From NCBI GenBank assembly GCA_965277405.1, contig OZ255726.1:512001-576000 (forward strand): DNA of 64,000 nucleotides, given 5' to 3'. A program made the translations under genes and the position numbers. The notes below the pieces were generated by a model that saw nothing but the letters and a program-made list of their open reading frames with translations, ran no database searches and was not told where the DNA came from. This DNA comes from Gammaproteobacteria bacterium. GTDB lineage: Bacteria; Pseudomonadota; Gammaproteobacteria; G965277405. Positions 52,658 through 63,346 of the stretch are shown piece by piece; positions within the stretch are counted from its first letter, which is position 1, and each line of letters opens with the position of its first letter.

Positions 52658-52862
52658 TAAGGCGTCTGGGTATGCAACAACAGCGAACCAGTTGATTGTT
52701 TTGTTGTTCGACTCTATTAGATGTTTTATACTACGGTTATATGCGTTATGATAATAATGCATGTTGCTAACAAACAGTATTGTTGATTGCTTACTAAATT
52801 AAAACCATCAGCATGTAGAGATAGAACAATGAATGTATATTTACTGACTAATTAAACAGATT

Positions 52863-53183
52863 ATGTCCTCAGAACGACCAAATAATCGCGAGCAGAATCA
52901 ACAAGATATCAGCGCTCAATCTCCTAAATTCTATCAAGTTATTTTGCTAAATGATGACTTCACCCCCATGGCTTTCGTGGTGCAGTTACTCTGTGAAGTC
53001 TTTCATATGTCAGAAGATAGAGCGCATTCATTGATGTGGAATATCCATAACGATGGCAGAGGTGTATGTGGTATTTATACCCGAGAGGTAGCAGAAACCT
53101 ATGTGACGTTATCTAACCGTGCGGCAACAAAAAATGGTCATCCACTGTTGACACAAATGGAGCCAATAGACGAAGATGTTTAA
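52863..53183 (+). CDS. clpS: ClpAP adaptor
   Basis: YQVILLNDDFTPMAFVV, IHNDGRGVCGIY, HPL. Confidence 0.95.
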   Translation: MSSERPNNREQNQQDISAQSPKFYQVILLNDDFTPMAFVVQLLCEVFHMSEDRAHSLMWNIHNDGRGVCGIYTREVAETYVTLSNRAATKNGHPLLTQMEPIDEDV

Positions 53184-55479
53184 CGGTGATTTTGAGCGGA
53201 CACTCAACAAAGCATTTGAATATGCCCATAAAAGCCGGCATGTATTTGTCACTGTAGAGCATTTACTTATTGCGTTATTGGGTAATCCAGATGCGCGTGA
53301 AGTCCTTGAAGTGCTTGGTGTCGAAATAGACACATTGCGTGAAGAACTCGCTAAACTCATAGAGCAAACCCCAACATTAGCAGATGATAGTGGCGGCAAA
53401 TCCATGCCAACGGTTGCGTTTCAGCGCGTTGTGCAACGATCGATTTATCAAGTGCAGGCGGCAGAGCGACGCAATAACCCAAGCACAGTGAAAGGTGGCA
53501 ATGTACTCGTTGCGATTTTTAGTGAACAAGAGTCAAACGCGGTATATTTGTTGCAGTCATTTGGGGTTAGCCGCAGTCAAATAGAAGATTTTCTTGCTCA
53601 TGGAATAACCAATTTAGAGGAACGGTTATCGAAACAAAACGACGAAAACGACGATGATGATGGCGACTCTGTTTCACAAATATTTGCCACTAGTAGCCAA
53701 GAAAGACGCCACTCAACGCTTGAGCAATATACAGTGCATTATAACGAAATAGCGAAAAAGAACGGGTTTGACCCAATGATTGGCCGCAATTGTGAACTTG
53801 ATCGAGTGTTGCAGGTATTATTACGCCGCAGAAAGAATAACCCTATTTTGGTTGGCGATGCAGGTGTTGGTAAAACAGCCATTATAGAAGGTCTTGCCCA
53901 ACGGATTGTAGCTGGGAAAGTGCCTAAGTTATTACAAGAAACAGAGATTTTTTCTCTTGATGTCAGTGGATTGATTGCGGGAACTAAATATCGTGGCGAC
54001 TTTGAAATACGCTTAAAAAAAATTATCAAAGAATTGAATGAGTATAAATATTCAATTTTGTTTATCGATGAAATTCATATCATTGTTGGTGCTGGGTCTA
54101 CATCTGGTAGCAGTATCGACATGTCGAATATGATAAAGCCGCTATTATCTTCAGGAAAAATTCGTTGTGTTGGATCGACGACATTTAATGAGTACCGTAG
54201 TATTTTTTCACGTGATCATGCATTATCAAGAAGATTTCAAAAAATTGATGTCGTAGAGCCAACACCAGACGAAGCCATCAAGATATTGCGCGGGATAAAA
54301 TCGCAATTTGAAGAGCATCATCAGGTGCGTTTTAGCGACAGTGCGTTAGTGAGTGCGGTGACATTGTCTGTGCGCTATATCAATGATCGGCTGTTGCCCG
54401 ATAAAGCGATTGACATAATAGATGAAGCAGGCGCTGCGCAGCAAATGCTACCAGCGTCAAAACGTAAAAAACTGCTATCAACAAAAGATATTGCACAAGT
54501 TGTTACTAGTATTACCAATATTCCAGTTGAAAATATTCAACACGATAATGACGCGAAAATTGCCCATCTACACCGTAATTTGCAAATGTTAGTGTATGGT
54601 CAAAATCCAGCAATTCAAGTGCTATGCAACTCGATAAAAATTTCCCGTGCAGGGCTTGGACAGCCGAAAAAACCAACAGGCTCGTTTTTATTTGCTGGAC
54701 CAACAGGTGTCGGTAAAACAGAAGTCACACGGCAGTTGGCAGAATTGCTTGGCGTTAAATTGCTGCGTTTTGATATGACTGAATATATGGAAAAACACAG
54801 CGTATCACGTTTGGTTGGTGCACCACCTGGGTATGTAGGGTATGAACAAGGTGGCTTGTTGACTGATCAAGTGCACAAAAACCCATATGCTGTATTGCTA
54901 TTTGATGAAATAGAAAAGGCCCATCCAGACGTGTACAGCATTCTCCTGCAAGTAATGGACTATGGAAAACTCACTGATAGCAATGGACGAACTTCAGATT
55001 TCACCAACTTGATTATTGTGCTAACGACCAATACTGGCTCACATCAAATTAGCAAAAACGCTATGGGATTTGGAGAGAATAAAAGTGATAGCGATGTCTT
55101 GAATGAAATCAACAGTACTTTTACTCCAGAGTTTCGTAACCGCTTAGACTCAGTTGTCGTCTTCCAACCATTATCGCAGGACATCATTTTAAATGTAGTC
55201 GATAAATTTGTTGGCCAATTACAAGTGCAATTACAAAAACGCAAAGTTGAGTTACGCTTAACCCCAGCAGCAAAACAATGGCTTGCCGACCATGGCTATG
55301 ATAAAAAAATGGGTGCGCGCCCTATGGCAAGATTGATTCATGAAAAAATCAAACGACCTCTCGCTGATGATATTTTATTTGGTTCTTTAAAGAGCGGCGG
55401 AAAAGTGCGTGTTAGCGCCAATAAAGATGGCTTGAAATTAACCATCACCTCGCAACAATCGATTATACAAAAGTCATAG
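53176..55479 (+). CDS. clpA: ATP-dependent Clp protease ATP-binding subunit
   Basis: TVEHLL, GDAGVGKT, FIDEIH, GPTGVGKT, GAPPGYVG; follows clpS. Confidence 0.96.
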   Translation: MFNGDFERTLNKAFEYAHKSRHVFVTVEHLLIALLGNPDAREVLEVLGVEIDTLREELAKLIEQTPTLADDSGGKSMPTVAFQRVVQRSIYQVQAAERRNNPSTVKGGNVLVAIFSEQESNAVYLLQSFGVSRSQIEDFLAHGITNLEERLSKQNDENDDDDGDSVSQIFATSSQERRHSTLEQYTVHYNEIAKKNGFDPMIGRNCELDRVLQVLLRRRKNNPILVGDAGVGKTAIIEGLAQRIVAGKVPKLLQETEIFSLDVSGLIAGTKYRGDFEIRLKKIIKELNEYKYSILFIDEIHIIVGAGSTSGSSIDMSNMIKPLLSSGKIRCVGSTTFNEYRSIFSRDHALSRRFQKIDVVEPTPDEAIKILRGIKSQFEEHHQVRFSDSALVSAVTLSVRYINDRLLPDKAIDIIDEAGAAQQMLPASKRKKLLSTKDIAQVVTSITNIPVENIQHDNDAKIAHLHRNLQMLVYGQNPAIQVLCNSIKISRAGLGQPKKPTGSFLFAGPTGVGKTEVTRQLAELLGVKLLRFDMTEYMEKHSVSRLVGAPPGYVGYEQGGLLTDQVHKNPYAVLLFDEIEKAHPDVYSILLQVMDYGKLTDSNGRTSDFTNLIIVLTTNTGSHQISKNAMGFGENKSDSDVLNEINSTFTPEFRNRLDSVVVFQPLSQDIILNVVDKFVGQLQVQLQKRKVELRLTPAAKQWLADHGYDKKMGARPMARLIHEKIKRPLADDILFGSLKSGGKVRVSANKDGLKLTITSQQSIIQKS

Positions 55480-55517
55480 GCAGACCACAAAGCTGATATT
55501 GTATGGTGTTGCGCTAA

Positions 55518-55715
55518 GGAAGCTCTGATTAAGTCGCTGATGGAGCGAGTTTGATGGTAATTGCTGATGATTGCAAGGCGCAAACCGCAGGCGCATGACC
55601 TAGCTATACGCCAAGGATGCAACACAGAAAGAGTAAGCAATTGCCGCAAACCAAAAGTATATTCAACTAGAGGGACGGGAAAAAACGCTGCGCTAACGTC
55701 GTTGCAGGACTTGAT
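55518..55715. mobile_element. Truncated MITE (one TIR)
   Basis: CTAA|GGAAGCTCTGATTAAGTCGCTGATGG..., homology ends about 55715. Confidence 0.8.
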
Positions 55716-55844
55716 ACAACCAACAAAAATCACATAAAAACAACAACTGTCCAGTTTTCATCACCTCCCTACATCTAGGGTTTTGGTCACTATGTGCCAC
55801 TTTGCACCGTGGCGTCACTCACTTATACAAGCCACTTGGCAACA

Positions 55845-56636
55845 TTACAACGTATAGTTAATCAGTAAGTTGCGGAAGTAGATATCAAAGGTGCGTCTAT
55901 CGCTTGGCACTTTATAGCGTTTTACTTTTTTTACCGCAATCAATGCCGAGCGGTCAAATGGGTCGTTACCGCTTGAACGTTCCACTGTAGCTTGTAATAA
56001 ATTCCCTTCATGGTCTAGTTTTAGTCGAATCAACACTTCCAAACTCGCTATATCTTGCAACTGGACATTCAATGGTTTGCGCCAATTCTGTTCAATTTGC
56101 TTTTGAATGCGCTTTTGAAAAACACGTGCGAGTTTCTCTTCTCGTGGTGTTGGTTCGCCAGTTAGCGTTGTTGTTACCTGTGTTGTTAACAAGTTATTTT
56201 GCGACTCTGGCTTTGTAACCAATTTTTTGATAGGAATTGTTGGTTTTTTCTTAATTTTTTTGACAGTTGTGGTTTTTACTTCTGTAGCTATGACATCTTT
56301 TTTCTTTTTTGCTTTGGCTATTGGTTTTTTTTTCAATGGCACTACTTGCTTTTTAACAATCTTGATATTCTTAATTTTTTTTTTAGTTTTTTTAGGTTTA
56401 TCTGCAACTTTTTTTGCTCTGATTGGCGCCTCAACAAGCAACTTAGCGCGCACAGGCTCAATCGGTTTATATTGCAAATCTACCAACATTGTTGAGAGTG
56501 ACCGTGGCGATTGCGCTGTGTCTATCAGGCTAATATTGTCATCTTTAAGATACCACAAGCCGTAAACAACGAGCGCATGGACGGCTATCGCCAGACAGCC
56601 AGAAAACGCATACGTTAATTTGCTATTCAGACGCAT
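55845..56636 (-). CDS. tolA: TolA/TonB-family protein
   Basis: TM helix AIAVHAL, Lys-rich linker, IEQNWRKP, SSGNDPFDRSALIAV; follows tolQR. Confidence 0.8.
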   Translation of the reverse strand: MRLNSKLTYAFSGCLAIAVHALVVYGLWYLKDDNISLIDTAQSPRSLSTMLVDLQYKPIEPVRAKLLVEAPIRAKKVADKPKKTKKKIKNIKIVKKQVVPLKKKPIAKAKKKKDVIATEVKTTTVKKIKKKPTIPIKKLVTKPESQNNLLTTQVTTTLTGEPTPREEKLARVFQKRIQKQIEQNWRKPLNVQLQDIASLEVLIRLKLDHEGNLLQATVERSSGNDPFDRSALIAVKKVKRYKVPSDRRTFDIYFRNLLINYTL

Positions 56637-56645
56637 GATTTGTTG

Positions 56646-57080
56646 CTATGGCGTTGCCTCTGGTGCTGCGGTGATCAGGCCAATATTTGGCACGCCTATT
56701 GCCTGCAAAGCAGCCATCAACGTCACAACTTGCCCATACAGAACGCTGGCATCGCCTTTCACATACACTCCAGTTTGCTCATTCTTTTTTAATTGTGTGG
56801 CAACTTGTTGTTGCACTGTATGTATTGGCAATGCAGCTGATGTTAGCCCATTTAGTGAAAAATAATATTGTCCCTGTTTATCAATTGAAACCACAATGCG
56901 TTCTTCATTGGTATCTGTTTCAACTATATCGCCGCCAGCTTTTGGCAGGTCGACATATATCCCTTCTGTGAGCAACGGTGCGGTTGCCATAAAAACAACT
57001 AATAACACTAACATTACATCAATATATGGCACAACATTAATTGCTGATACTAATGGCAGTTTTGCGCGTTTTCTACTCAT
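56646..57080 (-). CDS. tolR: TolR
   Basis: INVVPYIDVMLVLLVVFMATAP, VDLP, GD.SV.YG. Confidence 0.93.
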   Translation of the reverse strand: MSRKRAKLPLVSAINVVPYIDVMLVLLVVFMATAPLLTEGIYVDLPKAGGDIVETDTNEERIVVSIDKQGQYYFSLNGLTSAALPIHTVQQQVATQLKKNEQTGVYVKGDASVLYGQVVTLMAALQAIGVPNIGLITAAPEATP

Positions 57081-57093
57081 GTTACGCTACCTG

Positions 57094-57783
57094 CTAGCCT
57101 GTTTTTTGCTGCGCAAATACGCGTCTGTGTAAGATACTTGAAAACTCATCAGCAACTGCTTCGTATTGTGATAACAGTCTATCGCTGCGCGCACTAAATG
57201 AGTTAAATGCGAGAGTTGCAGGAATAGCTGCAAACAAGCCAATTGCCGTCGCAATTAGTGCTTCTGCAATCCCTGGGGCTACGATATTAATTGTTGCCGC
57301 CTGTGTTGCATTCGCAAGGGCAAGAAATGAACTCATAATCCCCCATACGGTACCGAACAAACCAATATATGGGCTGATTGAACCGACAGAGGCGAGAAAA
57401 GGCAGGTGGGAACCAAGGGCATCTTGTTCGCGGAGGATTGCCACATCCATGACGCGCTTTACCCCTTGCAGCACTGCTTCACCATGCAGATTTTGTTGCC
57501 GCAAGCGTAAATACTCTTTATAGCCGTCGACAAACACATTTTCGACGCCAGTGTCTTCACCTTGATAATCGCGAATTTCTTGAAAATAAATATTCAAATC
57601 CATCCCAGACCAAAAATGCTCTTCAAAGCTTTTCAATATTTTTTTAGCATGCTGGATCACAATATACCTTTGAAAAATTATTAACCAAGACGCAACAGAA
57701 GCCAATACCAGCACGCCGATTACTATTTGCACAACAAGTGATGCGTTAATAATCAGTTGATAAATATTAATATTCTCTTTCAT
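57094..57783 (-). CDS. tolQ: TolQ
   Basis: FEEHFWSG, SPYIGLFGTVWGIM, APGIAEALIATAIGLFAAIPA. Confidence 0.95.
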   Translation of the reverse strand: MKENINIYQLIINASLVVQIVIGVLVLASVASWLIIFQRYIVIQHAKKILKSFEEHFWSGMDLNIYFQEIRDYQGEDTGVENVFVDGYKEYLRLRQQNLHGEAVLQGVKRVMDVAILREQDALGSHLPFLASVGSISPYIGLFGTVWGIMSSFLALANATQAATINIVAPGIAEALIATAIGLFAAIPATLAFNSFSARSDRLLSQYEAVADEFSSILHRRVFAQQKTG

Positions 57784-57862
57784 TGATACCTCTAAATCTA
57801 AAAATTTATCGTTGGCGGATAATGTAAATCAACAATGAACACTGCGCCGCTGTTGGACTTAT

Positions 57863-58159
57863 GTAACCTCTGATTAACTCGCTGCTGGAGCGAGTTTGCC
57901 TGCAATTGCTGATGATTGCAAGGCGCATTCCGCAGGCGCATGCGTTGCATATACGCCAAGGGATGCAACACAGCAAGCGCAGCAATTGCCGCAAACCTTC
58001 GTGTATTCTCCAACAGAAGGACGGGAAACAACGCTGCGCTGCGTCGTTGCAACTCTTGGCAATACCCACAAGAGCCACCAGTGTTAGCTGCCCACTGCGC
58101 TTAAGTTTCATCAGCGTTTTTTCTCCGTCCCGCCCAGCATGGCGTTAATCAGAGCTTCC
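57863..58159. mobile_element. IS5-TIR MITE copy between ybgC and tolQ
   Basis: GTAACCTCTGATTAA...TTAATCAGAGCTTCC. Confidence 0.88.
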
Positions 58160-58573
58160 ATATGTATTGTCCCCTAGCGACATGATTTTGTCGTGCATTG
58201 TTTGCGGAATGGCTCGAATTGTATGATGTACTGCATCGACACATACCAGTTGAATTACACTATCGCATAATAATTGTTGTTGTCTATGCACAGTTTGACG
58301 GAATGATACAGAGGCGTTCTTACACGTTATCAGCGAGGTAGCAAGGGTAATAATATCATCAAGATGTGCTGGAGATTGATAACTGACATCGATATGCTTC
58401 ACGACAAAAACACGTTGGAAATCTGAGACAAAGACTTTATTGTATCCCAATTCACGGAATAATTCCGTACGTGCTCGTTCATAGAATTTCAGATAATTGG
58501 CATAATACACAATGCCATACGCGTCTGTATCTTCTATATAAACACGAAAATCTATGCGGTGTTGTTTATTCAA
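58145..58573 (-). CDS. ybgC: Tol-pal-associated acyl-CoA thioesterase
   Basis: RVYIEDTDAYGIVYYANYLKFYERARTE; TTG start overlaps infB stop. Confidence 0.92.
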   Translation of the reverse strand: MNKQHRIDFRVYIEDTDAYGIVYYANYLKFYERARTELFRELGYNKVFVSDFQRVFVVKHIDVSYQSPAHLDDIITLATSLITCKNASVSFRQTVHRQQQLLCDSVIQLVCVDAVHHTIRAIPQTMHDKIMSLGDNTYGSSD

Positions 58574-60983
58574 TCGTTTGTTGTACTTCCACTTCTATAT
58601 ATGTTTCTATGCGGTCTCCCACCTGAACATTATTATAGTTTTTCACGCCAATCCCACATTCGGTGCCGACGCGCACTTCATTTACATCATCTTTAACACG
58701 TCGCAATGACTCAAGGTCACCTGCAAAAATCACCACATTGTCACGAACAACACGCATTTTTGCGTTGCGTTTAACTGTGCCTTCTGTGACGATACACCCT
58801 GCAATCTGACCGAGTTTACGCGAGCCAAACACTTCTTTCACTGCTGCTGTCCCAGTAATATCCTCACGCAGCGTTGGGTCAAGCAGACCACTCATGGCTT
58901 GTTTTACGTCATTGATCAAGTCATAAATAACATTGTAATAGCGAATCTCAATCCCTTCACGTTCTGCATATTGCTTTGCCGAGTTTTCTGCACGGGTATT
59001 AAAGCCAAGCACAATTGCGTTGGTTGTATGCGCAATAGTAACATCAGACTCGTTAATACCGCCCACGCCTAATTGGATGATTGTCAATTTAATTTTATCA
59101 CTGGGGATTTCAGCTAATGCCCCATTGATCGCCTCTGCAGAGCCTTGTACGTCAGTTTTAATCACTAAGTTAAATGCTTTTATCGCACCGCTTTGCAGTT
59201 GATCAAACATAGTGTCTAAACTGAATGCTTTTTGGCTTGCCGAGTATCGTTGCTGCTTACGGTCATCAAGCCGAGTTGCTGCTATTTCGCGTGCTGATTT
59301 TTCGTTTTTTACAACTAGTAATGTATCCCCTGCTTTAGGAACAGATGATATTCCAGTGATTTCAATTGGAGCAGACGGGCCAGCTTGTTGAATTTGTTGC
59401 CGCTGGTCATTATGCATTGAGCGCACTCTACCTGTCTCAGTGCCGAGCAGAAACATGTTGCCTATTGCTAAGGTGCCGCTTTTAATCAATATAGTTGCGA
59501 CAGCACCGCGGCCTTTATCTAAATGCGCTTCAAGCACCGTCGCCTGCGCATAACCATCATTAGGCGCTGTAAGCTCGAGCAGTTCTCCTTGCAGTGCTAC
59601 CGCATCAAGCAAGGCGTCAACATGTGTTCCTTTCAATGCTGATATTTCGACAAACTGGGTATCGCCACCCCATGCTTCTGGATTTACACCAAGCGACGCC
59701 ATTTCATGCATAATCCGCGCTGGATCAGCGTTCTGATGGTCTATTTTATTCACTGCAACCACTAAAGGAACGCCTGCTGCATTGGCGTGAGCAATTGCTT
59801 CTTCCGTTTGTGGCATAACTTTATCATCAGCAGCAATAACTAAAATGACGATATCTGTAACTTGGGCTCCGCGTGCACGCATTGCAGAAAAAGCCGCATG
59901 TCCTGGAGTATCTAGAAAAGTCACCGTACCGTGTTTCGTTGCAACGCTATATGCGCCGATGTGCTGGGTTATCCCTCCAGACTCACCATCTACAACCTTG
60001 GTGTTCCTAATGTAATCGAGTAGAGTTGTTTTGCCATGATCAACATGCCCCATAACCGTTACAACTGCAGGGCGTGGCTTAACAGTTTTTTCGTCATTCG
60101 TGATTTCAAGCCGTTCTTCTATTGCAACGTGTTTTTTGGCTACAACTTCATAGCCAAATTCACCAGCAACAAGCATTGCAGTGTCAGTATCAATTGTTGT
60201 ATTCACAGTAGTCATTACGCCTAAGCGCATCAATTTACCAATCAATTCCTCTGATTTTACCGACATTTCTTGAGAAAATTCAGCAATAGTGATTTCGCCA
60301 TCAATTTCAAATATTGCTTTTTTTCCTGTTGCTTTGCGATTGAATACTTGCTTGAGAAAACTTGATTTCAATGGTTTGGCAGCTATTTTATGGTTGGAGG
60401 CATTTGCTTTACGCAAATGGGCAAAACGGTCATTAATTTTTACCTCATTTTCTTCTAATGTTTTAGAGACAACATTTTTGTTGATTTTTACTACTTCTCC
60501 CGTGATTTCTTTTTTCGTATCACGCGCAGACCTCGTGCCTGTCACCACTACTTTTTTTTCTTTAATAGGCGATTTGGCTGCAGAGTTTATAGTTGATATC
60601 GGCTGCTTGCTTCCCTTAGTTTTCGGTGATATTGATTGCGCGGGTTGCGGTGATTTTGATTCCGCAGGGGTTTGCAGCTTTACAGCTGTTGGTTGTATTG
60701 CAGACAGCTTGGTTTTTTCTTTTTCTAACAGCTGTTTTTCCTCTACTGCTGTCTGCGCAAGTGCTGATTGTTGCAGTACCTGCTCAGATTTTCTACGCTG
60801 GTTTTCTGCTAATACAGTTGTTCGATTATCTAACTCCTGCTTGAGTTCATCATGCGACTTCGTTTGTATAGCACGTGTTTTTTTGCGTACAATTGCTGTC
60901 CCAGCAGGCTGGGCTGTACGCATTGTTAGAGTGCCGCCACTATGCAGGGATGGTTTAGTCTTCTCTTTTTTATCAACTGCCAT
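58566..60983 (-). CDS. infB: Translation initiation factor IF-2
   Basis: [31 protein letters not shown]; RBS GAGGT before ATG 60983. Confidence 0.97.
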   Translation of the reverse strand: MAVDKKEKTKPSLHSGGTLTMRTAQPAGTAIVRKKTRAIQTKSHDELKQELDNRTTVLAENQRRKSEQVLQQSALAQTAVEEKQLLEKEKTKLSAIQPTAVKLQTPAESKSPQPAQSISPKTKGSKQPISTINSAAKSPIKEKKVVVTGTRSARDTKKEITGEVVKINKNVVSKTLEENEVKINDRFAHLRKANASNHKIAAKPLKSSFLKQVFNRKATGKKAIFEIDGEITIAEFSQEMSVKSEELIGKLMRLGVMTTVNTTIDTDTAMLVAGEFGYEVVAKKHVAIEERLEITNDEKTVKPRPAVVTVMGHVDHGKTTLLDYIRNTKVVDGESGGITQHIGAYSVATKHGTVTFLDTPGHAAFSAMRARGAQVTDIVILVIAADDKVMPQTEEAIAHANAAGVPLVVAVNKIDHQNADPARIMHEMASLGVNPEAWGGDTQFVEISALKGTHVDALLDAVALQGELLELTAPNDGYAQATVLEAHLDKGRGAVATILIKSGTLAIGNMFLLGTETGRVRSMHNDQRQQIQQAGPSAPIEITGISSVPKAGDTLLVVKNEKSAREIAATRLDDRKQQRYSASQKAFSLDTMFDQLQSGAIKAFNLVIKTDVQGSAEAINGALAEIPSDKIKLTIIQLGVGGINESDVTIAHTTNAIVLGFNTRAENSAKQYAEREGIEIRYYNVIYDLINDVKQAMSGLLDPTLREDITGTAAVKEVFGSRKLGQIAGCIVTEGTVKRNAKMRVVRDNVVIFAGDLESLRRVKDDVNEVRVGTECGIGVKNYNNVQVGDRIETYIEVEVQQTIE

Positions 60984-61027
60984 GACTACCTCAAATAGTA
61001 TAAATTTATTTTGCAATATTTTTTGGC

Positions 61028-62506
61028 TTACGCTTTATCTTCTTCAGCAAACCAAAACGCTCGTGCATCCATAATGAGCGTTGCTGCCTGATCCTTATCA
61101 ATCGCCACTATATCTGTTAATTCATCCGTTGCTAATTCAGCTAAGTCATCACGGGTCACAATACCTTTAGCTACGAGCTTAGCTGCAAGTTCATTCGTCA
61201 TTAACTCCAAATCTAGCAACTCTTGCGCTGGCTGAACAATACTTTGTTGATCTTCCTCATGGTCAAGCAAATACTCTTTGGCGCGATTCTGCAGAGCATC
61301 TGCTAACTCACGGTCAAAACCATCTATGTGCTCAAGTTCTGATATATCCACGTATGCAACTTCTGCAACATTGTTAAAGCCCTCTGCAACCAGAACTTGT
61401 GCCATTCCTTCGTCTATATCCAGCTTATCAACAAATAGTTTAACATGCGTTGATGCCTCTTGCTCATATTTTTTATTTGCATCAGTTTCTGTCATCACGT
61501 TGATTTTCCACCCAAGCAACTCGCTGGTTAAGCGAACATTTAAGCCATTTCGTCCAATCGCTTGCGCTTGATTTTCTTGGCTAACCGCAACATCAATTGT
61601 GTGTACATCTTCATCAATAACAACAGATAGCACGGTGATGGGCGCGAGAATATTGATGACTAATTGAGCCGGGTCATCGCTCCATTCAACCACATCAATT
61701 TTTTCTCCATGAACTGCATCAATCACCCGCTGAATCCGCGAGCCCCGCAAACCAATGCAAGCACCAATCGGATCAATGCGCCGATCATTGGTTTTCACAG
61801 CAACTTTTGCACGGATGCCTGCCTCACGAGCCACAGCACGCACTTCAACAACCTGCTCTTCAATTTCAACAATTTCTTGACGGAACAATGCGTTCAACAT
61901 TAACGGATGCGTTCGGCTTAATCGCAACAAATAACCACGAGGTTGCGAACCCACTTCAAATAACACTGCTCGAACACTATCACCAACGCGATACATATCT
62001 CGCGCTAGCATTTGGTCACGTTGCAAAATCCCTTCAAGATTATCTGCAGGGTTAATATCAATCACCAAATAGTCACGTGTTACTTTCTTGACTTGTCCTG
62101 AAAAAATTTCGCCAATGCGTGCCGTATATTCATCTGCTAATTGTTGCCGACTAGCTTCACGAACTTTTTGGACAATAACTTGCTTGGCCGTTTGTACTGC
62201 AATACGCCCGAGCTCTATTTCTTCAACGAGTGTCTGCTGATGGTATTCCTCAGGAATATCATTAAGCGACAAAGGCTCGCCATCCTCTGTATATCGGTGT
62301 TCTGCTGCTACTTTAATTTGGTAGACTTTAAACTCACCTGTTTCATGATCCAAATTAATTACAACAAAATCATCACCAAAACGTTTGCTGTAGCGACGCT
62401 GCACCGCACTTTGCAGTGCATCTTCCAGTGCAGCAAACACCGAACCTGCGGCAATGTTTTTTTCATTCGCTAATGTCTCAATACCTGAAATGAAGTCTTT
62501 ATTCAT
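61028..62506 (-). CDS. nusA: Transcription factor NusA
   Basis: GRIAVQTAKQVI, DPIGACIGLRGSRI, AIGRNGLNVRL, acidic repeats. Confidence 0.96.
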   Translation of the reverse strand: MNKDFISGIETLANEKNIAAGSVFAALEDALQSAVQRRYSKRFGDDFVVINLDHETGEFKVYQIKVAAEHRYTEDGEPLSLNDIPEEYHQQTLVEEIELGRIAVQTAKQVIVQKVREASRQQLADEYTARIGEIFSGQVKKVTRDYLVIDINPADNLEGILQRDQMLARDMYRVGDSVRAVLFEVGSQPRGYLLRLSRTHPLMLNALFRQEIVEIEEQVVEVRAVAREAGIRAKVAVKTNDRRIDPIGACIGLRGSRIQRVIDAVHGEKIDVVEWSDDPAQLVINILAPITVLSVVIDEDVHTIDVAVSQENQAQAIGRNGLNVRLTSELLGWKINVMTETDANKKYEQEASTHVKLFVDKLDIDEGMAQVLVAEGFNNVAEVAYVDISELEHIDGFDRELADALQNRAKEYLLDHEEDQQSIVQPAQELLDLELMTNELAAKLVAKGIVTRDDLAELATDELTDIVAIDKDQAATLIMDARAFWFAEEDKA

Positions 62507-62970
62507 TACACAACCTGTTGATGGACGAGATGAGCTGATTCAATTTCACGTATAAATATAGACACTTCTTCCTGTTGTGGCTGTTGAATTATGACACGAC
62601 CTTGCGCATCAACATTCTTTAACGTTCCAGTAACATTGCGCCTTCTGGCCCCAGCACTGCGCACGCGAATTTTACAAATGCAACCTATATAACGGCGGAA
62701 ATGTTCTTCATCGAACAACATTCTGTCTAGACCTGGGGATGAAACTTCTAGAGAATACTCTTTTTCAGCAGGAAGAATCACATCAAGCAAAGGGCTAATT
62801 TGCTGACTAACTGTTGTGCAGTTATCAACTCCAATGCCGCTTTCATGGTCAATAAACACCTGCAAGCAGTCTCCTGAACGATTTTTAGTCCAGCGAAGCC
62901 CCCATAGCACGAAGCCCAGCTCTTCTATAGAAGGCTGTATATGTGCAGCTATTGCGTTACGTGTAATCAT
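62506..62970 (-). CDS. rimP: Ribosome maturation factor RimP
   Basis: LQVFID...GI.VDNC, YSLEVSSPGLDR; upstream of nusA. Confidence 0.93.
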   Translation of the reverse strand: MITRNAIAAHIQPSIEELGFVLWGLRWTKNRSGDCLQVFIDHESGIGVDNCTTVSQQISPLLDVILPAEKEYSLEVSSPGLDRMLFDEEHFRRYIGCICKIRVRSAGARRRNVTGTLKNVDAQGRVIIQQPQQEEVSIFIREIESAHLVHQQVV

Positions 62971-62982
62971 ATCTCTATAATT

Positions 62983-63005
62983 AAAAAAACCCCACATGGG
63001 GGCTC
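62983..63005 (-). promoter_or_regulatory. Terminator-like hairpin in rimP leader
   Basis: Minus strand AGCCCC-CATGT-GGGGTT followed by T tract, just upstream of rimP. Confidence 0.5.
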
Positions 63006-63324
63006 GACGAAAAATCAATATTTAGACAAACATTTTGGTAGATGTCGATATTCCTATCCTGCACTATACTGTTGAAATAACATTATTATTTTTCAGAATC
63101 GCAACGTTTTCAGCAACATGTATCTACCAAAGCGCATGGCACATATCAACAAGATTCCGAGTATAGCGTTTGATTTATCAATAAAGTGAAATCTCATTAA
63201 TGATTAATGATAATTTATCACTTTGTTTTTTGATAAATTTTTTCGATCGTGGCTGCAAGCCGCTGGACTCGGTATTGATGTTCAAAACCACAATACCCCA
63301 AAACAATGGTCATCGTTCACTTCG

Positions 63325-63346
63325 GGAAGCTCTAATCAGGGCCTGC
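63325..63346. repeat. Collapsed TIR-TIR MITE footprint
   Basis: GGAAGCTCT-AATCAGGGCCTGC resembles two fused TIRs. Confidence 0.5.

Noticed and set aside
60289-61074. Long antisense ORFs over infB (and 43041-43808 over oadB)
   Set aside because: Fully overlap well-supported genes; codon shadows
63010-63324. tRNA-Met often found upstream of rimP
   Set aside because: No cloverleaf or T-loop GTTCRA in a plausible context on the coding strand
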